From NCBI GenBank assembly GCA_036012755.1, contig DASCPX010000144.1:1-11897 (forward strand): a DNA stretch of 11,897 nucleotides, given 5' to 3'. The translations under genes and the position numbers were made by a program. Source of the DNA: Myxococcota bacterium (GTDB taxonomy: Bacteria > Myxococcota_A > UBA796 > CAJQPC01). The notes beneath the pieces are model-generated. The model searched no databases. It worked only from the letters and a program-made list of their open reading frames with translations, and was not told the origin of the DNA. Positions 7,917-11,897 of the stretch are shown here, one piece after another (position 1 is the stretch's first letter; every line of letters begins with the position of its first letter).

Positions 7917-8454
7917 TATGGGCTCCCCCAGAAGCCGTCAGGATCGGCGACGGCGGATCGGCGCCGGCGGGCCTTTCCCTGCGGATCGAGACGGATGGAA
8001 TACCACGCCATCAGGCGCAGGCGGCCCTCTGCGGGCTGCGAGTAGAACCAGCCCGGCTCCTTGCCCCAGAGGCGCTCGATCTCCATCACGGAGAAGTCGA
8101 GGCGTCCGAGGCGCCGGAGAAATCCTCAGCCGCCTCGGCCTCGCCTGGTCCCGGGAGCATCGCGACCAGGAGTTGCAGCGCCCCGAGCCCGGCCGTCGTG
8201 ATCTCGTTCGCGTCGTGTCCCTGGGTGACGAGCTCGTCGAGCACGCCGCCGCCGTAGCTCAGCACATCGTAGCGGTGGGCCTTGAGCTGCTGCGTGATCT
8301 TGAGCGGGCCGCCCTGGTAGCAGACACCGAGCGCCGCCCAGCAGGCGCGGTTCGGCGCGTCACCCGTGACGCTGACGATGTCATAGGCGATCGCGAGGCT
8401 CTTCGGCGGGACCAGGTGGACTGCGTGGCCGCCGATGGTGGGAGTGGTTGGCAT
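7916..8454 (-). CDS. Tail assembly chaperone GT (179 aa) predicted from a -1 frameshift; the T part alone (8086-7916) is a 56-aa ORF
   Basis: The -1 frame is open from 8125 to TAG 7918-7916 and reads FLRRLGRLDFSVMEIERLWGKEPGWFYSQPAEGRLRLMAWYSIRLDPQGKARRRRSAVADPDGFWGSP. It exactly fills the gap between G and the next gene, as in the lambda gpG/gpGT arrangement. Confidence 0.7.
8086..8454 (-). CDS. Tail assembly chaperone (gpG-like), 122 aa
   Basis: Directly follows the tail tube gene; SD GAGAGGA upstream of ATG 8454; helical body with a low-complexity C-terminus (AEAAEDFSGASDASTSP) containing the slippery heptamer. Confidence 0.8.
   Translation of the reverse strand: MPTTPTIGGHAVHLVPPKSLAIAYDIVSVTGDAPNRACWAALGVCYQGGPLKITQQLKAHRYDVLSYGGGVLDELVTQGHDANEITTAGLGALQLLVAMLPGPGEAEAAEDFSGASDASTSP
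8119..8125 (-). other. Candidate -1 programmed ribosomal frameshift heptamer G GAT TTC
   Basis: Correct X XXY YYZ phase (Asp111-Phe112 of G). The -1 frame has TGA at 8128-8126 immediately before it and is open after it. Downstream hairpin CTCGA(CT)TCTCC-GTGAT-GGAGA-TCGAG at 8101-8075. Confidence 0.7.
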
Positions 8455-8485
8455 GTTGTCCTCTCATTGGTGGTGGTGCCGTCGA

Positions 8486-8977
8486 TCAGGCGGGCGTCAC
8501 GGTCCCCAGGCACTCGAAGTTGATCGTGCCGGAGTTCGGCTCTCCCTCGGCGATGTCGACCGTACAGACGCAATCCGTCAGGGTGATCGTGTGATCCTTG
8601 GCATCGCCGAGGTCGGTCCCTTCGGTCGTCAGGATGATGTCGATCCCGTAGACCTCCGTCGGCGTCAGCGTGGAGACGTTGCCGGAGTAGCCGTTCTGCT
8701 GCATCACGAAGTCGAGGGCGTTCCCGGCCGCCGCGTTCATGTACTCCGGCACCTGGAACGAGAACGACCCCGACGGGAAAGTCAACGCCGCGTGCCGAAC
8801 AGTGGTCAGCACGCCGCGCGCCTCGTACTTGACGACGGCGCGCTGTGTCTCCTGCAACCCGCTGATCGTCAGATCGCCGGACGTGAAGGGGATCGCCAGC
8901 GTGACCGGCGATCCGGTCCCATCGCTGAGCGTGATGGTGCCGTCATAGAGGTGCTTGACGATCGTTGAAAGTGCCAT
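8486..8977 (-). CDS. Major tail (tube) protein, 163 aa
   Basis: Size, Thr/Gly/Ser-rich acidic beta-strand pattern (SGSFSF, TITLTDC, TINFEC) and position directly before the chaperone G/GT; SD GGAG in GGAGTAGACCATG. Confidence 0.82.
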   Translation of the reverse strand: MALSTIVKHLYDGTITLSDGTGSPVTLAIPFTSGDLTISGLQETQRAVVKYEARGVLTTVRHAALTFPSGSFSFQVPEYMNAAAGNALDFVMQQNGYSGNVSTLTPTEVYGIDIILTTEGTDLGDAKDHTITLTDCVCTVDIAEGEPNSGTINFECLGTVTPA

Positions 8978-8980
8978 GGT

Positions 8981-9157
8981 CTACTCCGGGGCGGGCTTAG
9001 GGGCGGCGGCCAGCAGGGCCCACGCCTTGAGGGCAGCGAGGCGCCGAGGCGCGTCAGGGTGACGGTTGATCGCTTTCCGGGCGACGATCTCGCGGACGTC
9101 GAGCGGGATGCTCATCTCGGCGAGGAGCTCGCGGGCGGCGGTGAGGGGATCGGGCAT
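8981..9157 (-). CDS. Hypothetical 58-aa microprotein (MPDPLTAARELLAEMSIPLDVREIVARKAINRHPDAPRRLAALKAWALLAAAPKPAPE)
   Basis: Below the ORF-track cut-off. Fills the gap with 3-nt spacers on each side (GGAGTAAGCCATG, GGAGTAGACCATG); high GC at third codon positions. Confidence 0.8.
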   Translation of the reverse strand: MPDPLTAARELLAEMSIPLDVREIVARKAINRHPDAPRRLAALKAWALLAAAPKPAPE

Positions 9158-9160
9158 GGC

Positions 9161-9595
9161 TTACTCCAGGGCGTAGCGGTGGAGGGCGCGGAGCGTGATC
9201 GTGCCGAGGACCCATCCCTCGGGCACGGTGCGGCGGTCCATGCCGGTCAACACGAGGTGTAGGTCGGCCCGGGACACGGCGAGGATGGTCTGGACGGCGA
9301 CCTGCTCGGCGTCGAGCGCGAGATCGTAGTCCGCGACCTGGTTGTCGGCGCGCATCCCATAGGCCCAGGCGATCTGGACCTGGTCCTCGAGGTAGCAGGC
9401 TTCGGAGAGGCGCTGCCGGCCGTCGCTCGTATGGGCGGCCGACGACGGCACGCCCACCGCGAAGCTCTGGTGAAGGAGCTGCTGAACATCGCGCCCGAAC
9501 ATCTCGAAGGCGTAGACGGACTCGTTCCAGCCAGCCGCCGCCTCGAGGGCAGTGGCCAGACGGGCGCGGATCGTCTTGATAGCCAGGGACGCCAT
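9161..9595 (-). CDS. Probable tail terminator / tail completion protein, 144 aa
   Basis: Start reassigned to ATG 9595 (TGATG coupling). N-terminal amphipathic helix IRARLATALEA followed by an alpha/beta pattern ending in GTITLRALHRY, resembling lambda gpU/SPP1 gp17-like proteins; position just upstream of the tube gene. Confidence 0.68.
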   Translation of the reverse strand: MASLAIKTIRARLATALEAAAGWNESVYAFEMFGRDVQQLLHQSFAVGVPSSAAHTSDGRQRLSEACYLEDQVQIAWAYGMRADNQVADYDLALDAEQVAVQTILAVSRADLHLVLTGMDRRTVPEGWVLGTITLRALHRYALE

Positions 9596-10338
9596 CAGCC
9601 TCGCCCCGTGAGCCAGACGGAGCCGACCGCGCTGATCTTGCGGCGGGAGCCCGCCCGACCCTGGTGAGCGGTGTCGTACTCGAAGCGCAGCGCCGCCCAG
9701 GCAGCGGTGAACCGTTCGCGGTACATGGCCGCCGTCTCGCGGTGCTTCTCGTTGAGCCGCGTCGTGAAGTCCTCGAAGATCAGCGCGAGCGACAGCGTGA
9801 GATGAGCCTCGCGCAGGGCGGTCGGCTCGACGATGAGGTGTGGCAGGTTCCCGAGGTTGATCAGCAGGCCGACGATGATCACCCATGCCTCGTCGAGGTA
9901 GTCCTGCAAGTCGCTGAGCGAGTGGATGGGCTTGGTCCCCGCCGGGTCCAGGCCCGAGACGCGCCGAAACAGGTCATTATCGGCGACGACGGGCGCCAGG
10001 TCGCTCCGGACGAGCGCGGCCATGTTCCGGAACACCCGATCGACGCTGGTAAAGGTCAGCGCCCACTCGACGCGCCAGCCCGTGCCCAGGCTCAGCGTCG
10101 ACGGGACGTCGGCCGCCGGCACCGTGTAGGTCGAGATCGATCCCGTCGTGACGGTGGCCCCGTTCGAGATCGCGGTGTTGCTCGAGTCGTAGATGGTCGC
10201 CGTCCCGACCGAGTCGGGCGGGACCAGCGCGCCGTCCTGCCAGACCGGACATGAAAGCGCAGTATCCCGCGCCCTGACCAGGTAGTCAGGGAGCAGAAAC
10301 CGTGCCGTCAGGAACGAGGTGGCGGAGCCGGCACCCAT
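9595..10338 (-). CDS. Probable head-tail adaptor with N-terminal beta-sandwich domain, 247 aa
   Basis: Start reassigned to ATG 10338 (TGATG coupling). First ~125 aa are beta-rich (TATIYDS...STYTVPA...WRVEWALTF); C-terminal half is helical (LQDYLDEAWVIIVGLL...LREAHLTLSLALIF...YRERFTAAW) like adaptor helical bundles; lies between capsid and tail genes. Confidence 0.62.
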   Translation of the reverse strand: MGAGSATSFLTARFLLPDYLVRARDTALSCPVWQDGALVPPDSVGTATIYDSSNTAISNGATVTTGSISTYTVPAADVPSTLSLGTGWRVEWALTFTSVDRVFRNMAALVRSDLAPVVADNDLFRRVSGLDPAGTKPIHSLSDLQDYLDEAWVIIVGLLINLGNLPHLIVEPTALREAHLTLSLALIFEDFTTRLNEKHRETAAMYRERFTAAWAALRFEYDTAHQGRAGSRRKISAVGSVWLTGRG

Positions 10339-10610
10339 CAGGAGGCGAGGACCGCCGCCGTCCAGGTCGTCCCGCCGTCCGGCGTGACGTACAGACAGGT
10401 GTCGGCGCTCGCTGCGTCGGTGCGGAGATACAGCATCGTCGCGCCGGAGTCGCGGCCGTAGCTGCCCGAAGGCGCGCCGTCGCCACAGAGCACCGCGGCA
10501 TAGTCGAGGGTTGCGCCGCTTCCCACGTTGGAGAGGCGCAGCGCCGGCGCCTTGAGTGCCCGGGTCCCGTAGTTGGCCCCGATGGGGATGTCTGATGCGT
10601 TGGTCGCCAT
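10338..10610 (-). CDS. 90-aa small virion protein, possible head fibre or decoration protein
   Basis: SD AGGAG at 10624-10620; GDGAPSG...MLYLRTD...LYV...W pattern resembles a short beta module seen in phage fibres and spikes; stop is coupled to the next gene. The ORF is secure, the product is a guess. Confidence 0.7.
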   Translation of the reverse strand: MATNASDIPIGANYGTRALKAPALRLSNVGSGATLDYAAVLCGDGAPSGSYGRDSGATMLYLRTDAASADTCLYVTPDGGTTWTAAVLAS

Positions 10611-10619
10611 GAAGAATGT

Positions 10620-10697
10620 CTCCTAACTTCGCCCGGTGAGTCGGTGTGATTCGCTGCCGTCCATGCTCGGGCGAGGTCATGGGCTGACCGGCAGGTC
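10620..10697 (-). promoter_or_regulatory. Structured intergenic leader abutting the SD of the 90-aa gene
   Basis: Inverted repeat TGAC-C-TCGCCCG (10679-10668) / CGGGCGA-A-GTTA (10635-10624) ends at the first A of AGGAG; small GACC-N4-GGTC hairpin at 10686-10697. Confidence 0.4.
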
Positions 10698-10709
10698 TGG
10701 TGGTGGGGG

Positions 10710-10859
10710 CTACCGCTTGCCTTCCTCGCGGAGCTTGCGGTCCACGCGCTTCATCGAGTCGCGCGCCATCTGCTCCGCCTTCTTCGGCTTCACGCCGGCT
10801 TCGACCAGGTCGCGCTGGTTGTTCCGCATGACCTCGCGATCGCCCCGGCGTTCACCCAT
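10710..10859 (-). CDS. Hypothetical 49-aa highly charged helical microprotein (MGERRGDREVMRNNQRDLVEAGVKPKKAEQMARDSMKRVDRKLREEGKR)
   Basis: Below the ORF-track cut-off. TAATG coupling at 10859 with GAGGG upstream; TAG at 10712-10710; nearly all codons end in G/C. Confidence 0.8.
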   Translation of the reverse strand: MGERRGDREVMRNNQRDLVEAGVKPKKAEQMARDSMKRVDRKLREEGKR

Positions 10860-11548
10860 TAGGAGCCCTCGAGGGCAGGGGAGGCCGGGCGACCCTTGGC
10901 GCGCTTCGGCGTCGAGGCGGCCTTCGCCAGGATCTTATCGTTGTCCCGATAGACAGCGGCGCGGAGCTTCGCGGCCCCCGAGCCGGCCCCGCCCTTCTCG
11001 GCGATGGCTTCCTCGCGGGCGAGCTTCTGCTGGGTCTGCTCGCGCATACGGCGGGCGAGCTGCGGCGGACAGGCCGGGACCTTCCCGGTGCTGACCAGCG
11101 AGGCGGCCCACTTCGCGTATTCCTGGTCATCGGTATAGACCTCATTATCGCCCGGGGCGCCGGTCTCCCAGATGGAGATGAAGGTCTGCGCGACGTGCGC
11201 GCCTCCGCTGGGGCGGGTGTCGATCACCTGCATATAGGACTCGCCGCCGGGACCCCACTCGTAGGGGATGAGGATCCGGCCGGTCTCCTCGAGGCGGGCG
11301 CGAGCCCGAGCGAACCGGATCCGGCCCTTCCGGTCGCGGAGGACGCCATTGACGCCGGCCTCGAGCGGCATGACGTGAAGGCTCGGGACGAGTCTCCCGT
11401 GCATGACCATCCATCGCCGCTGGTTGTATACCAGGACGAACTCCGGCCGGACGTCGAGGAAGGGGAGGATGGTCCCCTTGTCAGTGGTCGCAAAGTCCGC
11501 GGTGACGCGGGTTTGGCCGTTCGCGGCCGCTCCGAGCTTCGTGGCCAT
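10859..11548 (-). CDS. Hypothetical protein, 229 aa, directly downstream of the capsid gene
   Basis: SD GAGAGGA upstream of ATG 11548; globular core followed by a helical and Lys/Arg/Pro-rich tail; family not recognised. Confidence 0.85.
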   Translation of the reverse strand: MATKLGAAANGQTRVTADFATTDKGTILPFLDVRPEFVLVYNQRRWMVMHGRLVPSLHVMPLEAGVNGVLRDRKGRIRFARARARLEETGRILIPYEWGPGGESYMQVIDTRPSGGAHVAQTFISIWETGAPGDNEVYTDDQEYAKWAASLVSTGKVPACPPQLARRMREQTQQKLAREEAIAEKGGAGSGAAKLRAAVYRDNDKILAKAASTPKRAKGRPASPALEGS

Positions 11549-11554
11549 TCTTGA

Positions 11555-11628
11555 GTCCTCTCTATGGTGAAGTGCGGCGGTCTGGACTGTCCGAGAGGAC
11601 AGTCACCAGGACGAGCCCAGGCCGCCGC
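11555..11628 (-). promoter_or_regulatory. Nested stem-loop between the capsid gene and the 229-aa gene, containing an anti-SD sequence
   Basis: Perfect 8-bp hairpin GACTGTCC-N4-GGACAGTC (11585-11604) inside an 11-bp outer stem with one imperfect pair (11574-11584 / 11618-11628). On the mRNA, GTCCTCTC (11600-11593) is complementary to the SD region GAGAGGAC (11562-11555). No U-tract. Confidence 0.6.
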
Positions 11629-11634
11629 CCTCGA

Positions 11635-11897
11635 TCAGGCATCCGTGATGAGCGAGACGCCGGCACCGTCGATCGCCTGCGCGACACCAGCGTGGAAGCT
11701 GGTCACGTATGACGTCTCGAGGTAGGTGCCCTTCCGATCGCGCTCGAAGCGTGCCCGGCCCAGGTTGACGATGTTCGGGTCCGCCTCGGCGGGGATGTCG
11801 ACGTCGGCCCAGGCGATGCCGCCGCGGCAGAAGATCCCGCCGGCCCGGTCGGCTCCTGCGTTCGCCGTCGGGACGGCGGAGGACACGAAGAAGTCGA
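11635..11897 (-). CDS. Probable major capsid protein, C-terminal fragment (5' end outside the window)
   Basis: Frame is open from the right edge: DFFVSSAVPTANAGADRAGGIFCRGGIAWAD...RARFERDRKGTYLETSYVTSFHAGVAQAIDGAGVSLITDA*. The pattern fits the C-terminal A/P-domain strands of HK97-fold capsids; it heads the neck/tail genes and is followed by a strong hairpin. Confidence 0.72.
   Translation of the reverse strand, partial: DFFVSSAVPTANAGADRAGGIFCRGGIAWADVDIPAEADPNIVNLGRARFERDRKGTYLETSYVTSFHAGVAQAIDGAGVSLITDA

Larger units (their letters stand above)
1..11897 (-). mobile_element. Tailed phage or prophage head-neck-tail morphogenesis module (siphovirus-like)
   Basis: Co-directional, overlapping genes in capsid-adaptor-terminator-tube-chaperone-TMP-Dit-hub order; no sheath gene. 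No integrase, att site or host gene in the window, so free phage, prophage and GTA-like element cannot be distinguished. Confidence 0.9.

Noticed and set aside
9596..9886. N-terminal extension making the terminator 241 aa
   Set aside because: Alternative-frame overlap with the adaptor gene; TGATG at 9595 is the likely start.
10658..10665. CATGGACG as a CsrA/RsmA-type CANGGANG site
   Set aside because: Single short match, not in a hairpin loop, and the host is unknown.
10339..10680. N-terminal extension making the adaptor 361 aa
   Set aside because: Arg-rich out-of-frame overlap with the 90-aa gene; TGATG at 10338 is a better start.
11574..11628. Intrinsic terminator or HDV-like ribozyme call for the post-capsid hairpin
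   Set aside because: No U-tract on either strand; the TCCTC-containing segment lacks the P1/P1.1/P2 arrangement of HDV-like ribozymes.
1..11897. CRISPR array, tRNA, diversity-generating retroelement repeats, intron/intein, integrase, contractile sheath or sigma70 promoter
   Set aside because: No regularly spaced or long repeats, cloverleaf, RT/intein motifs, sheath-like gene or convincing -35/-10 pair were seen by eye.

Overview
High-GC window (roughly 70% by eye) containing one tightly packed minus-strand virion morphogenesis operon of a tailed phage or prophage. No sheath gene is visible, so the tail is probably non-contractile (siphovirus-like). In transcription order (right to left): 3' end of a probable major capsid protein, 229-aa unknown, 49-aa microprotein, 90-aa possible head-fibre/decoration protein, 247-aa probable head-tail adaptor, 144-aa probable tail terminator, 58-aa microprotein, tail tube, tail assembly chaperone G/GT with a candidate -1 frameshift (G GAT TTC), an HK97 gp10-like protein in an unusual position, 606-aa tape measure, 1094-aa multidomain distal-tail-like protein with Asp-box propeller motifs, 545-aa hub/tail-tip protein, a possible 48-aa ORF, a 115-aa protein and a truncated ORF. 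All product calls come from motifs read by eye plus synteny; no database search was run. I do not see a clearly new biological system. The best leads are structured intergenic leaders with anti-SD sequences (the post-capsid spacer resembles the post-tube spacer plus a structured insert), the frameshift cassette, the rearranged neck module and the giant Dit-like protein.
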